From an uncultured bacterium (GTDB lineage: Bacteria > Margulisbacteria > WOR-1 > XYC2-FULL-46-14), in the NCBI GenBank assembly GCA_964421245.1, contig CAYQVW010000004.1, forward strand, positions 14,971-78,970: 64,000 bases of DNA, given 5' to 3'. Under the pieces are notes generated by a model. The model ran no database searches. It saw only the letters and a list, made by a program, of their open reading frames with translations, and was not told the origin of the DNA. The translations under genes were made by a program, and so were the position numbers. Below are positions 1 to 11,218 of the stretch, in pieces; the first letter of the stretch is position 1, and every line of letters starts with the position of its first letter.

Positions 1-1422
1 TTTAATGACTGGGTAGGTTGATCCCCAACCAATTATTAATGTTTTGTATTTTTCGGGACCGATTAATTCTGGAGCAATTGCTTCTCTAACAATATCGTGC
101 ACTTTACTCAAACGCTTATCAACCATTTTGACTCGAAGATCAAGATCTTCGGTAATATGTCCTTCTTCATCGTGTTCATCCGAATCAACACAGACAATTC
201 CATCTCCAAACCCCGGAATTGCGCGTGGCGAAACCCCATCTTCACTTAATTTATATCTTTTATAATCTGGCGGAGATTGAATAATAAATTGATCGGTTTT
301 AATTTTTTCTAGATCAAATGGCTTTACGTTATAGTAAGAATCGACCAAATGTTGGTCTGTTAGGATAATTACCGGAATCTGATATTTGTCTGCTAAATAG
401 AATGCCTGATTGGTTAAGAAAAAAGCATCCTCCACCTTTCCAGGCGCTAAAATTATTCTTGGAAATTCTCCATGACCAGAATAAAGAGCAAAATTCAGAT
501 CACCTTGTTCCGTTCTGGTTGGTAATCCAGTTGCAGGTCCTGGTCTTTGCGCCAGATGAATTACAAGAGGAGTTTCTATCATTCCGGACAAACTTAAGCC
601 CTCTACCATCAGAGCAAAACCACCGCCAGAAGTTGTAACCATGGCTCGAGCCCCTGCATACCAGGCACCAAGCACCATATTAACGGCTGACATCTCATCC
701 TCTGCCTGTTCTACAATTATTGGAAAATCTTGCGCATATTTTGCAAGTGAAGTCAAAACTCCAGAACCTGGAGTCATTGGATAGGACGAGATAAAATTAC
801 AGCCAGACGCCAAGGCTCCCAAAGCAATTGCTTCTGTCCCATTAATTAGAAGCTCCTTCTTTATTCCAAAGTTGCGCCGAAAATCTATTTGTATCTTTCC
901 CAAGGCACTCAACTCAAGACCTTTTCTATATCCTTCTTTTATAGCTTCTATATTATGGTCGATTATCTCTTGTGATTTTTTGGCAAAATATTTATTAACT
1001 GCATTCTGAAGAAGAGACATCTCCATTTTAAATAATCCAGCAATTACTCCAACCGCAACTACATTAGAGTAGATAGGATTTCCAATCTTTTTGGCAATTT
1101 CAGAAAACTTAACTTCAAGGGTCGGATTGATCTCACCAATTATTATTGTTTCGTCAGTTATTCTTTTGCCCAAATGTGGAATTGCCGTATGATCAAGAGG
1201 AATTAAAAGATCGATCTGATTTTTCCAGGCAGAAACCGGTTTTGAAGAAACACGAATCAGGGTTGAATTACTGCCACCTCGAACGCGTGACATGTATTCT
1301 TTGGAAGCAAAAATATTGTAGCCGGATTGTTTTAGAAGGGAGGAGACAAGTTCCTCAATCGTCTTTATCCCCTGCCCCGCTTCGCCACAAAGGACGATTG
1401 ATATATCGTCTCTAAATTCCAT
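1..1422 (-). CDS. 2-oxoacid:ferredoxin (acceptor) oxidoreductase, fused gamma/alpha-type subunit; the C-terminus runs off the left edge
   Basis: Minus-strand ORF with ATG at 1422-1420, open to position 1; absent from the ORF track because it is incomplete. Hand translation: [60 protein letters not shown], and later [60 protein letters not shown]. These are typical KorA/OorA-type blocks. The small plus-strand ORFs here are antisense shadows. Confidence 0.8.
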   Translation of the reverse strand, partial: MEFRDDISIVLCGEAGQGIKTIEELVSSLLKQSGYNIFASKEYMSRVRGGSNSTLIRVSSKPVSAWKNQIDLLIPLDHTAIPHLGKRITDETIIIGEINPTLEVKFSEIAKKIGNPIYSNVVAVGVIAGLFKMEMSLLQNAVNKYFAKKSQEIIDHNIEAIKEGYRKGLELSALGKIQIDFRRNFGIKKELLINGTEAIALGALASGCNFISSYPMTPGSGVLTSLAKYAQDFPIIVEQAEDEMSAVNMVLGAWYAGARAMVTTSGGGFALMVEGLSLSGMIETPLVIHLAQRPGPATGLPTRTEQGDLNFALYSGHGEFPRIILAPGKVEDAFFLTNQAFYLADKYQIPVIILTDQHLVDSYYNVKPFDLEKIKTDQFIIQSPPDYKRYKLSEDGVSPRAIPGFGDGIVCVDSDEHDEEGHITEDLDLRVKMVDKRLSKVHDIVREAIAPELIGPEKYKTLIIGWGSTYPVIK

Positions 1423-1429
1423 TGTAGAA

Positions 1430-2482
1430 CTATTTTACCACATGCAATGTCTGAGTCGGGAAGGCAAATTCGATGTTGCGTTTCTCGAATTCTTCTTTTA
1501 GGGCAAAATTAATTGATTGTTGAACATCCATATATTTATTATAATCCGAACTTAAAACAATGTAAACAATTTCAAAAATCAGACTAAAATCACCAAATTC
1601 AAAGAAATGGGCTCGATCATAAACAGTATCAGGAGTCTTTTTAATAATATCTTCAATAAGCTTTGGAATCTCTCTAACTTGTGCAGAGGTAGTATCATAG
1701 GTAACCCCTAACTTGAAAACGACGCGGCGCTTTTGCATTCTCTTATAGTTTCTAACACGAGAATTAGTTAAATCTGAATTTGAAAAGACCAGTTGTTCTC
1801 CACCAAGACTGCGCAGGCGAGTAGTTTTAATCCCAACATGCTCAACTGTTCCGAGCATATCTCCGACGATTATAAAGTCTCCGATTTCAAATGGACGATC
1901 AAAGAAGATCGCAAAGTAAGAAAAGAGATCTCCAAGCATGGCCTGGGCGGCTAAGGCAACTGCGATACCACCAATACCAAGACCTGCAATAATAGCTGAG
2001 ACTTTAAAACCGAGATTATCAAAGAGCAGGATAATTCCAATTGCCCAAATAACTCCCTTAATAATATTAAAAATACCCAGAAGACTCTTCTTGGTAGACT
2101 CATTGTCCTGTTTGTTGATCCAGAAAGTTTGAAGAACAAAATCAAGCAAACTTATCACAAAACGAATACCGACAATTGTAAAAATAGCAAAAGTAAACAT
2201 GTTAAAATACTTGGCAAAAGTTTCTTGTAGGGTTAAATACTGAACAGATAGATAAAAAGCTCCAAAATAGAGCAGCGGCATTAGGTTGATCTCAATAAGC
2301 GATATCATAAAATCATCATATTTATTAGTTGTGACCTCTGCCCATTTTTTAAGTCTTTTAAGTACGATTGTCTTAAAAATCTTTACCGCAATTACGCCAA
2401 CCACAAAGACCGCAAGCATAATAAGATAATTTTTAACCGTGTTATCCAATAAAGTATACTGCAAAATTGTGTCTATATTCAT
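1430..2482 (-). CDS. mechanosensitive ion channel family protein (MscS-like)
   Basis: 350 aa with N-terminal TM helices and an MscS core ([68 protein letters not shown]). AGGAGG lies 6 nt upstream of the ATG. Confidence 0.85.
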   Translation of the reverse strand: MNIDTILQYTLLDNTVKNYLIMLAVFVVGVIAVKIFKTIVLKRLKKWAEVTTNKYDDFMISLIEINLMPLLYFGAFYLSVQYLTLQETFAKYFNMFTFAIFTIVGIRFVISLLDFVLQTFWINKQDNESTKKSLLGIFNIIKGVIWAIGIILLFDNLGFKVSAIIAGLGIGGIAVALAAQAMLGDLFSYFAIFFDRPFEIGDFIIVGDMLGTVEHVGIKTTRLRSLGGEQLVFSNSDLTNSRVRNYKRMQKRRVVFKLGVTYDTTSAQVREIPKLIEDIIKKTPDTVYDRAHFFEFGDFSLIFEIVYIVLSSDYNKYMDVQQSINFALKEEFEKRNIEFAFPTQTLHVVK

Positions 2483-2522
2483 ATGTATCCTCCTGTTTAC
2501 AATGATATCACATATAAAATTA

Positions 2523-2531
2523 TGTTATAAT
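2523..2531 (+). promoter_or_regulatory. extended -10 box (TGTTATAAT) 8 nt upstream of the tig ATG; candidate leaderless or near-leaderless promoter
   Basis: TATAAT at 2526-2531 is preceded by TGT. There is no Shine-Dalgarno between the box and the ATG at 2540. Confidence 0.45.
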
Positions 2532-2539
2532 AACGTATT

Positions 2540-3847
2540 ATGAAAATATTAAAAAACGTTCGTGATGGTAACAAGGTAACCCTGGAAATCGAAGAATCTG
2601 CTGAAGAATTTCAAAAATCGGTCGAAATAACTATAAAAGAAGCTGCCGAGGACATGAAACTGCCCGGTTTTCGCAAAGGTAAGGCCCCCAAAGAGATGAT
2701 TGAGAAGAATCTGAATCAAAAAGCGATTGACGACCACTCTGCACAACAATTGATTGGACAATTGTATGCGCAAATCATAAAAGAGGCCAAGATTGATCCA
2801 GTCGGTTACCCAAAAATTAATATTAAAAAATTGGCTCGTGGAAATCCGTTCGTCTTCTCACTTGAGCTTGAAGTCTATCCAGAAGTAAAACTCGGCAAAT
2901 ACAAAGGAATCTCTGTTGAGAAAAAAGGGACCAAGGTTACAGAAGATGATGTTATAAAAGTAATCGGAGACCTACAAAATCGTATGGCAAAGTGGTCCGA
3001 CGTAACCGACAGAGCAGCAAAAGAACAAGATGTTGTTGATCTTGAGGTTGAGGCAAACTCTGACGGAACCGAAATTAAAAGCTGGCCACGTGATATGCAA
3101 TATTACCCAGTAGGAAGTAAATATATAAGTTCCGACTTTGACAAAGAATTAGTGGGATTAGGGTTAAACACAGAAAAAGAATTCTCTATTAAATTTGCCA
3201 AGGATTACCAGGTAAAAGAAGTAGCAGATAAAGAAGTTAAGTTTAAGGTTAAAGTTAAGAAAATTCAGGAAAAAGAATTGGTTGCATTAGATGACGCCTT
3301 TGCAAAACAGGTTAGTAAGTTTGGAACCCTAGCCGAGCTAAAAGCCGAATTAACCAAAAATCTCGAGGAAGAGAAGAAACAAGCCTCTGAAGCAGATCTA
3401 AAAAACAAGTTAGTTGAAGAAGCCTCCAAGGAAACTAATCTTGATATCCCACAAGCGATGGTAGATACCGAAATCCAAATCATGCTTGATGAAATGAAAG
3501 GTTCATTAGCTCGCTCAAACCTAACTTTGGAAAACTATCTAAAGAGTATCGGCAAAACCGAGGAAGATATGATCTCTGAATTCATTAATCCAGCAAATCA
3601 GAGGGTTAAGGGCAAAATAATACTAAAGGCGATTGCAGAAATTGAAAACATTGAGGCAACCGATGACGATATCAACGAAGAATTGACCCCTTATGCAGCC
3701 CAAGAAAAGAAGACTGCAGATGAATTAAGAAAAAGCTTGAGTGAGGGTCAAATTGATTTCTTAAAGGAATCAATTCTACGTAGAAAGGCACTTGATTTCC
3801 TAGTAGAACATGCGAAAATAAAGGATTCAAAGGAGGAGAAAGTATGA
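2540..3847 (+). CDS. tig: trigger factor
   Basis: 435 aa. The N-terminus ([18 protein letters not shown]) matches the ribosome-binding signature GFRxGxxP. It sits upstream of clpP, as in many bacteria. Confidence 0.92.
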   Translation: MKILKNVRDGNKVTLEIEESAEEFQKSVEITIKEAAEDMKLPGFRKGKAPKEMIEKNLNQKAIDDHSAQQLIGQLYAQIIKEAKIDPVGYPKINIKKLARGNPFVFSLELEVYPEVKLGKYKGISVEKKGTKVTEDDVIKVIGDLQNRMAKWSDVTDRAAKEQDVVDLEVEANSDGTEIKSWPRDMQYYPVGSKYISSDFDKELVGLGLNTEKEFSIKFAKDYQVKEVADKEVKFKVKVKKIQEKELVALDDAFAKQVSKFGTLAELKAELTKNLEEEKKQASEADLKNKLVEEASKETNLDIPQAMVDTEIQIMLDEMKGSLARSNLTLENYLKSIGKTEEDMISEFINPANQRVKGKIILKAIAEIENIEATDDDINEELTPYAAQEKKTADELRKSLSEGQIDFLKESILRRKALDFLVEHAKIKDSKEEKV

Positions 3848-4473
3848 AAGAAATCAATCAATTGATTCCAATGGTAGTTGAACAATCTGCCAAAGGTGAG
3901 AGATCTTACGATATCTACTCCCGTTTGCTTAAGGAAAGAATTATTTTCGTCGGAACTCCAATTGATGACGATGTTGCCAATGTAATTATTGCACAATTGC
4001 TTTTTCTTGAAGCAGAAGATGCCACAAGAGAAGCCTATATGTATATTAACTCTCCCGGCGGAGTGGTAACTGCAGGCCTTGCACTTTATGACACCATGCA
4101 ATACATAAAAACTCCGGTTTCAACTATTTGTCTTGGTCAAGCGGCTAGTTTTGGTGCAGTTCTTTTGGCAGCTGGGCAAAAGGGAAAACGCTTTGCTCTT
4201 CCAAACGCCAGAATTATGATTCACCAACCGCTTGGTGGTGCTCAAGGGCAAGCAACTGACATTGAAATACAAACTAAAGAGATCGTTAGAATGAAAAAAC
4301 TTCTTAATGGAATTCTTGCAAAACACACTGGTCAAGATATTACTAAATTAGAAAAAGATACTGATCGTGATTTCTACATGAGCGCAGAAGAAGCTCAAAA
4401 ATATGGATTAATCGACGAAGTAATCCAACCAAGAACCAACATAAAAGATGGTTCCAAAACAAAAAAGAAATAA
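3844..4473 (+). CDS. clpP: ATP-dependent Clp protease proteolytic subunit
   Basis: 209 aa with [48 protein letters not shown] (catalytic Ser) and [16 protein letters not shown] (His). Confidence 0.95.
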   Translation: MKEINQLIPMVVEQSAKGERSYDIYSRLLKERIIFVGTPIDDDVANVIIAQLLFLEAEDATREAYMYINSPGGVVTAGLALYDTMQYIKTPVSTICLGQAASFGAVLLAAGQKGKRFALPNARIMIHQPLGGAQGQATDIEIQTKEIVRMKKLLNGILAKHTGQDITKLEKDTDRDFYMSAEEAQKYGLIDEVIQPRTNIKDGSKTKKK

Positions 4474-6883
4474 ACCAGAGATTCCAGCAGAAAGACTACC
4501 TTTAATTCCGCTCCGCAATATGGTGGTCTTTCCTCATATGATTATTCCCCTATTTATTGGGAGAAGTAAATCGGTCAAGGCTTTAGAAGAAACCTTAGGA
4601 AAAGATAAATTAATTGTCTTTGCTTCACAATGCCACGAAGATATTGAAGATCCTAAAAAAAATGATATTTGCAAAATCGGAACCTTGGCCGAAATTGTTC
4701 AATACATTCAACTCCCTGATGGCACTTCAAAAATATTGGTTGAAGGAACCTGTCGAGTAAAGATCTTAAAAATTGAAGCCGAAAAACCCTACTTTAGCGC
4801 ACAAATCACAAAAATTGATGAGCCAGAGGGAATGAGTGTGGAGGCAGAGGGTTTAATTCGAACGGTAATCAAACAATTTGAAATCTATGTAAAACTTAAT
4901 AAGAGAATTCCACAAGAGACGATCATGTCAATAATTAACGTTGATAATCCTGGTCGTCTAGCCGATCTAATCGCTTCATACCTAACCTTAAAAATAGAAG
5001 ATAAACAGGTAATCCTAGAAACCCTACATATTGAAAAGCGCCTTAAAAAACTCTCGCATATTCTTGAAAAAGAGACCGATGTCTTAAAGGTAGAAAAAGA
5101 GCTGCAAGGCAAAGTTCGCACACAAATAGATAAAATGCAAAGAGAGTACTATTTAAAGGAAAAGCTAAAAGCAATTCAAGATGAATTAGGAGAAGAAGAG
5201 ACCGATTTACAACCAGAAATTGCAGAATACAAAAAAAGGATTAAGGCAACAAAACTCCCAAAAGAGGTAAAAGAAAAGGCCGAAAAAGAGTTGGGTCGTT
5301 TAGCCAAGATGCCATCAATGATCTCCGAAGCTTCAATGATTCGCACCTATCTTGATTGGCTGATCGAACTTCCCTGGAATAAAAAGAGCAAAACCAAACT
5401 GGACATAGATGAGGTCGAAAAAACATTAAACCAAGATCATTTTGGGTTAACTAAGGTAAAAGAGAGGATTTTAGAATACTTTGCAGTATTACAACTAACC
5501 GGTAAAATCGGGGGATCAATTCTTTGTTTGGTTGGACCTCCTGGAGTTGGTAAAACCTCGGTCGCCTCATCAATTGCAGGTGCGATGGGAAGAAAATTTA
5601 CCAGAATGTCTCTTGGTGGGGTACGCGACGAAGCTGAGATAAGAGGCCATCGCAGAACCTACGTTGGATCATTGCCTGGTAGGATCATCCAGTCTGTTCA
5701 TAAAGTAAAAACAAGCAATCCAGTATTTTTGCTTGATGAGATTGACAAGATGGCTAGTGATTTTAGGGGTGACCCCGCCGCTGCCCTACTTGAAGTCCTC
5801 GATCCTGAACAAAACAAAACCTTCGCCGATCATTATCTTGAAGTTCCGTTTGATCTCTCGCAGGTATTTTTTATAACCACTGCTAATACGATCGATCCAA
5901 TCCCCCGCCCCCTGTATGATCGTATGGAAATAATTAGAATGTCCGGCTACACCGAAGAAGAAAAAATCGAAATTGCCTTGAGACATTTAATTCCAAAAGA
6001 GATCGGTAATCATGGATTAGAAAAAGCTGGAATCGAGTTTGAAAGGGAGGCCTTAAGAAAGATCGTTCGTGAATATGCCAAAGAGGCTGGAGTTAGAAAT
6101 TTACAAAGAACAATAGATAAAATACTTCGCAAAATTGCTATCAAGGTAGTAAAAGGCGAAAAGAAAAAAGAAGAAAAAATCATCATAAAGGCAGACGATC
6201 TAAAAGAATATCTTGGTGCAGCAAAACATCGTTTTGGAATTGCCGAAGAAAAAGATCAGGTTGGAGTTGCAACTGGAATGGCCTGGACAGAAGTCGGCGG
6301 GGAGACACTGCCGGTTGAAGTAACGGTAATGAGGGGAAGAGGAGCACTAACTATTACCGGGCAACTAGGAGATGTTATGCAAGAATCGGCTAAAGCAGCT
6401 CTAAGCTATGTCAGATCTCGCTCTAAACAACTCGAACTTGATGAAAGTTTTTACAGAAAATATGACTTTCATATACATGTACCAGAGGGAGCAGTTCCAA
6501 AAGATGGCCCATCAGCTGGAATAACCATTGCAACCTCACTAGTCTCGGCTTTGACACTGCAACCGATCAGAAAAGATATCGCAATGACGGGGGAAATAAC
6601 CCTACATGGAAAAGTTTTACCAATTGGCGGATTGAAAGAGAAGATTCTGGCTGCTCGACGAGCTGGGATTAAGAATATTATTTTCCCGTATGAAAACAAA
6701 AAAGATTTTGATGAAATTAAAACTAGTATTCCAAAGGATATTACTATTTATCCGGTAAAAAACATGGATGAAGTTCTAAAGATTGCATTGGTTCCACTTC
6801 CTGCCGGAATGAAAAAAGATTTTCCTTCTCCCCCTACAAAAGAGCTACCAGAAGACTTCCCTGAAAACCAAATGTTTGCTTAA
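4448..6883 (+). CDS. lon: endopeptidase La (Lon protease)
   Basis: 811 aa with a LON N-domain, Walker A (GPPGVGKTS), LDEIDK, and the proteolytic Ser motif ([15 protein letters not shown]). Confidence 0.95.
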   Translation: MVPKQKRNKPEIPAERLPLIPLRNMVVFPHMIIPLFIGRSKSVKALEETLGKDKLIVFASQCHEDIEDPKKNDICKIGTLAEIVQYIQLPDGTSKILVEGTCRVKILKIEAEKPYFSAQITKIDEPEGMSVEAEGLIRTVIKQFEIYVKLNKRIPQETIMSIINVDNPGRLADLIASYLTLKIEDKQVILETLHIEKRLKKLSHILEKETDVLKVEKELQGKVRTQIDKMQREYYLKEKLKAIQDELGEEETDLQPEIAEYKKRIKATKLPKEVKEKAEKELGRLAKMPSMISEASMIRTYLDWLIELPWNKKSKTKLDIDEVEKTLNQDHFGLTKVKERILEYFAVLQLTGKIGGSILCLVGPPGVGKTSVASSIAGAMGRKFTRMSLGGVRDEAEIRGHRRTYVGSLPGRIIQSVHKVKTSNPVFLLDEIDKMASDFRGDPAAALLEVLDPEQNKTFADHYLEVPFDLSQVFFITTANTIDPIPRPLYDRMEIIRMSGYTEEEKIEIALRHLIPKEIGNHGLEKAGIEFEREALRKIVREYAKEAGVRNLQRTIDKILRKIAIKVVKGEKKKEEKIIIKADDLKEYLGAAKHRFGIAEEKDQVGVATGMAWTEVGGETLPVEVTVMRGRGALTITGQLGDVMQESAKAALSYVRSRSKQLELDESFYRKYDFHIHVPEGAVPKDGPSAGITIATSLVSALTLQPIRKDIAMTGEITLHGKVLPIGGLKEKILAARRAGIKNIIFPYENKKDFDEIKTSIPKDITIYPVKNMDEVLKIALVPLPAGMKKDFPSPPTKELPEDFPENQMFA

Positions 6884-6913
6884 ATGCCTGAAATTTCCCT
6901 GCTTTATTCTAGA

Positions 6914-6919
6914 TATAAT
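6914..6919 (+). promoter_or_regulatory. TATAAT box 8 nt upstream of the ATG of the 506-aa orphan
   Basis: agATATAATaattagctATG, with no SD. Confidence 0.35.
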
Positions 6920-6927
6920 AATTAGCT

Positions 6928-8448
6928 ATGATTAAAGGATCTAGAATAAACGGACTAGTTGGTATAGACCGTGGGGAAATAACACGTGTAGTTAGAGTTA
7001 CAATTAAAAAAAGTGAAATAATAGAAAGGGAGGGAGGAGAAGGTAGAACAAGACATTATTTTAAATTTGGACACAATATCTGGCTAAGCGCAAGATTTAT
7101 GGAAAAGTATGCTTTATCTCTTGGAGATGTTCTCGATTTAGAAGCCGCAGGTAACACTCCACGTTTCTTGCTTAAGAAAGAAAAAGGCCAAATAAAAAGA
7201 ATCCCTTTAATACATAATTATGATCTAACTAGCGGTAAACCTATTTTAGACCATACATCTTCATCAAATATTCATGCAGAAAAAATGGTCGGTCTCCGAG
7301 TTTTAGAATACACCGAAACTTCTTCTGGCAAATTTGGAGGGAGACTGACTGCCGGAGGAAGAGATTTGCCCCTTTTAACACATGTCCCATGGGAAGTAGC
7401 CCCTATTCCTATTTCTGCACTTGTTGAAGATGGGAAAAGAGTCCTTTTTTTTAGCGATAGGGAAACATTTACAATGGAAGAATGGGGACTAGTAAAATTA
7501 ATCGTTCAAAGCCGAGGAACAATCCTAGACCTACAACCTAAAGCAGACGAAATATCTACAATAGAAGAGGCAGCAAAGAATCAAAATGAGGCAAGACTTT
7601 TAAAGACAACCGGACTAGTAAGGGGCCATAATTTATATATTGCTGCCTTTTGTTTTAACCCGTGCTCAGGATTAACTTATTTAGACCAAGCAATGGAATT
7701 GAGAAGGGAAATAGTACTAAGAAAAATGCACCTTGCAAGGAGAGCGGAATATGGAAGGTGGGCACGAAAAAATCTGGGACCATCCCACTCTTCATTACAA
7801 GATAAAGCAAAAATTTTAGCAAATTATATTGGAAGTAATGTTCATAATCTAACCAGCGTCGCATATTTCTTAGAAAAACTTGCAAGATTAGCAGATCAAA
7901 ACGAAGGAATTCAAAGATTTTTTACCGCACTTCCTTTGGTTTTTGGATTGAATCGTACTATTGATGTCAGGATGGTAGGAGCATGTAGACTACTTGCTCA
8001 AGATATGGACTCAAACTACATTCCAAGATGGATTTTAAATCATCCTCCGGCCGAATCAAAACAACAGATTGCTCTATTTAGAAATAGGAGGAGAACATTA
8101 AAACTTGAAGATGAACCAAACTTCAAAACCCCCTGGAAAGAACTTCCCCCAGAACCAAAAGGGATTGATCCAAAACCAAAAACAAAACCTAAGCCAAAGA
8201 ATCCAGTATTTAATTATGATCAACTTAATGCCCTTTATATGATAATGGTAGAAAGGTTTAATGCTTCTTTCAATGCCTTAGCAGCCGGCATGGCAGCAAG
8301 CAGTCTTATCGTTCAAATAAACCGGAGACTTAAGAACCTAGAAAAAACTCCAAGAAAAAGTGGATCTAGTGATGAGACTAAAGAACTACAAGCCCTGAAA
8401 GGATTAACAAAAGCCTTTTATAGAAGAATCTCTTCTGACAGTATTTGA
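6928..8448 (+). CDS. hypothetical protein (506 aa, orphan, basic, Pro/Lys-rich linker)
   Basis: Long ORF wedged between lon and ileS; I recognise no family. The N-terminal 90 aa vaguely resemble an AbrB/SpoVT-like swapped hairpin (NIWLSARFMEKYALSLGDVLDLEA). There is a DPKPKTKPKPKNP linker. Confidence 0.6.
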   Translation: MIKGSRINGLVGIDRGEITRVVRVTIKKSEIIEREGGEGRTRHYFKFGHNIWLSARFMEKYALSLGDVLDLEAAGNTPRFLLKKEKGQIKRIPLIHNYDLTSGKPILDHTSSSNIHAEKMVGLRVLEYTETSSGKFGGRLTAGGRDLPLLTHVPWEVAPIPISALVEDGKRVLFFSDRETFTMEEWGLVKLIVQSRGTILDLQPKADEISTIEEAAKNQNEARLLKTTGLVRGHNLYIAAFCFNPCSGLTYLDQAMELRREIVLRKMHLARRAEYGRWARKNLGPSHSSLQDKAKILANYIGSNVHNLTSVAYFLEKLARLADQNEGIQRFFTALPLVFGLNRTIDVRMVGACRLLAQDMDSNYIPRWILNHPPAESKQQIALFRNRRRTLKLEDEPNFKTPWKELPPEPKGIDPKPKTKPKPKNPVFNYDQLNALYMIMVERFNASFNALAAGMAASSLIVQINRRLKNLEKTPRKSGSSDETKELQALKGLTKAFYRRISSDSI

Positions 8449-8473
8449 GCCCCACCCCCATTTACGTTATAAT
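8445..8473 (+). promoter_or_regulatory. sigma70-like promoter (TTGAGC-17-TATAAT) ending 6 nt before the ileS ATG; candidate leaderless
   Basis: -35 at 8445-8450, -10 at 8468-8473, ATG at 8480. No SD and no room for a T-box leader. Confidence 0.5.
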
Positions 8474-8479
8474 TAACCT

Positions 8480-11218
8480 ATGGAATACAAAAAGACCCTT
8501 AATTTACCAAAAACCGAACTTTCTATACGAGTAAATCTACAAATAGTTGAAGAAGATTGTTTGAAAAAGTGGGAAGAAGAGAATACCTATCAGAAACTAG
8601 AAACTAGAAACAAGGATAAAGAAAAATATATTCTTCATGATGGTCCTCCATATCCTAATGGAGACATTCATTTAGGTCACGCACTAAACAAAATTTTAAA
8701 AGACATAATCGTAAAATATAAACTTATGCAAGGGTATTATGCCCCTTACATTCCAGGCTGGGATTGCCATGGATTACCGATCGAAACACAGTTAATCAAG
8801 AAATTAGGGGATAAAAGAAAAGAATTAGGAACGCTCGAATTTAGAAAAAAATGCCGTGAATATGCCCTTGGTTATGTTGACCTACAGCGATCCGAATTTA
8901 TCCGGCTTGGATGTTTTGGTGATTGGGATAATCCATATTTAACCTTAAATCATGATTACGAGGAAGGAATTGCAACAGTCTTTGGAAAACTAGCAGAAAA
9001 AGGATATATCTATCGCGGATTAAAACCGATCCACTGGTGTCCAAAATGTGAGACAGCCTTAGCCGAAGCCGAGCTCGAATACGAAGATGACAGGTCTCCA
9101 TCTATCTATGTTAAATTCAACTTGAAACCTGGAAACCTTGAAACCTCGACCCCTGTCTCAATAGTAATTTGGACAACCACACCATGGACACTCCCTGCCA
9201 ACGTAGCAGTCGCTCTTCATCCAAAGCTTGAATATGTATTTTTAAAACCAAAAGATAAAGATGAAATTTATGTAATTGCCGAAGGGCTGGTTCCAGATTT
9301 CACAAACAAACTAGACATTACAGATTTCAAAATAATCAAAAAAACTCACGGTAAAAATCTTGAGGGAACAAAATTGCAACACCCTTTCTTAAAAAGAGAG
9401 GTTCCAATAATTCTTGGAGAGATTGTAACTCTTGAACAAGGAACCGGCTGTGTTCATATTGCACCAGGACATGGTCAAGATGACTACTTACTCGGTTTAA
9501 AATATAAACTTCCAATAATTATGTCGGTAAATGAGAGGGGTATTCTTGATGATACAACCGGCCCTGGAACAGGTTTACATTATGTAAAAGCAAACAAAGC
9601 AATCGGTGAATATATGCAGCAGAACGGATCACTTCTTCACCTTGAATTCTTCAAACACTCCTACCCTCACTGCTGGAGATGTAAAAAGCCGGTAATTTTT
9701 CGGGCAACTGAACAGTGGTTTGTATCAATTGATCATAACGATTTAAGAAAACATGCTCTAGCTGCCATCAAAAAGACAAAATGGTTCCCTGCTTGGGGAG
9801 AAAAACGCATTAATGGAATGATCGAATCTCGGCCAGACTGGTGCATCTCTCGTCAACGCTCTTGGGGTGTTCCAATCCCAGCTTTCTTTTGTGAAAACTG
9901 CAACGAAGTATTAACTACCGGCAAATTTAATCAAGCAGCCCGCGAACTTTATAGAAAAGAGGGATCAGATGCTTGGTTTAAATACGAAGCATCAGATATT
10001 TTGCCAAAAGGGACCGAATGTCCAAAATGTAAGGGAACAAATTTCAAAAAAGAGACCGATATTCTAGATGTCTGGTTTGAATCAGGCTCTTCACATGCTG
10101 GAGTGCTTGAAACCAACGAACATCTAAGCTGGCCAGCAGATTTATACCTTGAAGGATCAGACCAACATCGTGGTTGGTTTCAAACCTCTTTACTTACTGC
10201 AGTTGGGTATAAAAATCAGGCTCCCTACAAAGCAGTCTTAACTCATGGCTTTACAATTGATGATAAGGGTAAAAAGATGAGCAAATCTCTTGGTAATGTT
10301 ATTAATCCACAAAAAGTAGTAAAACAATACGGAGCAGATGTTCTGCGTCTCTGGGTTGCATCTACTGAGTTTACAAATGATATGGCAGCATCAGATAAGA
10401 TCCTAAAACAGGTACAAGATGCTTATCTTAAGATAAGAAATACCTGTCGCTTTCTAATTAGCAACCTAAATGACTTTGATAAACCAGTTCCATATAAAAA
10501 TCTTTTAGAAATTGATAAGTGGATTTTATTGCGACTCAATCGTTTGATCGAGCGGATCACCAAAGCATATGATAATTTTGAATTTCACATTGTTTATCAT
10601 TCTATTTATGAGTTTTGCGTAAATGATTTGTCTTCACTCTATTTAGATGTTTCAAAAGACCGTCTATATTGTGACAAGGCAGATTGGGATTCAAGAAGAT
10701 CCGGGCAAACCGCAATGTCTGAAATACTTTCTGCATTAATCAGGATGTTAGCCCCGATACTCTCGTTTACAACCGAGGATATTGCTAAATATTACAAGGG
10801 TCAAGGGTCAAGGGTCAAGAAGACATCTTCAATCTTTGAATCTGAATTCCCAAAAGCAAACAAGAAATATATTGATACCAAACTGGAAGAAAAATGGGAA
10901 AGAATACAAAATGTTCGTAATGAGGTTTATAAAAAAATAGAAGAATTGCGCAGTAACAAAGAGATCAGGTCTTCTTCGCAAGCAAAGGTTGTCATTTATG
11001 CAAAAGACAAAGAATTAGCTGCCTTAAAATCTATTGAAAAAGAATTACACACCATATTTATGGTTTCTGAAGTTAAATTAGAAGAAGACGCAAAAGCACC
11101 ACTGGTTATTGCATCTGATTATCAAAAATGTGAACGTTGTTGGAGATTACTTCCTTCTGTTGGGCAAGACAAAAACCATCCTACTCTTTGTAAACGCTGC
11201 GTTGAAGCTATTACTTAG
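8480..11218 (+). CDS. ileS: isoleucine--tRNA ligase
   Basis: 912 aa with HLGH (PNGDIHLGHAL), KMSKS (KGKKMSKSLGN), a CP1 editing domain and a C-terminal zinc-binding CxxC pair. Confidence 0.95.
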   Translation: MEYKKTLNLPKTELSIRVNLQIVEEDCLKKWEEENTYQKLETRNKDKEKYILHDGPPYPNGDIHLGHALNKILKDIIVKYKLMQGYYAPYIPGWDCHGLPIETQLIKKLGDKRKELGTLEFRKKCREYALGYVDLQRSEFIRLGCFGDWDNPYLTLNHDYEEGIATVFGKLAEKGYIYRGLKPIHWCPKCETALAEAELEYEDDRSPSIYVKFNLKPGNLETSTPVSIVIWTTTPWTLPANVAVALHPKLEYVFLKPKDKDEIYVIAEGLVPDFTNKLDITDFKIIKKTHGKNLEGTKLQHPFLKREVPIILGEIVTLEQGTGCVHIAPGHGQDDYLLGLKYKLPIIMSVNERGILDDTTGPGTGLHYVKANKAIGEYMQQNGSLLHLEFFKHSYPHCWRCKKPVIFRATEQWFVSIDHNDLRKHALAAIKKTKWFPAWGEKRINGMIESRPDWCISRQRSWGVPIPAFFCENCNEVLTTGKFNQAARELYRKEGSDAWFKYEASDILPKGTECPKCKGTNFKKETDILDVWFESGSSHAGVLETNEHLSWPADLYLEGSDQHRGWFQTSLLTAVGYKNQAPYKAVLTHGFTIDDKGKKMSKSLGNVINPQKVVKQYGADVLRLWVASTEFTNDMAASDKILKQVQDAYLKIRNTCRFLISNLNDFDKPVPYKNLLEIDKWILLRLNRLIERITKAYDNFEFHIVYHSIYEFCVNDLSSLYLDVSKDRLYCDKADWDSRRSGQTAMSEILSALIRMLAPILSFTTEDIAKYYKGQGSRVKKTSSIFESEFPKANKKYIDTKLEEKWERIQNVRNEVYKKIEELRSNKEIRSSSQAKVVIYAKDKELAALKSIEKELHTIFMVSEVKLEEDAKAPLVIASDYQKCERCWRLLPSVGQDKNHPTLCKRCVEAIT
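10795..10819 (+). repeat. heptanucleotide tandem repeat (CAAGGGT x3.5) inside ileS
   Basis: caagggtcaagggtcaagggtcaag encodes KGQGSRVK. It is 24/25 identical to 37221-37245 in bioF. Confidence 0.9.

Noticed and set aside
44-1415. Three short plus-strand ORFs (73, 78 and 89 aa) at the left edge
   Set aside because: They are antisense to a clearly recognisable 2-oxoacid:ferredoxin oxidoreductase subunit that occupies 1-1422 on the minus strand.
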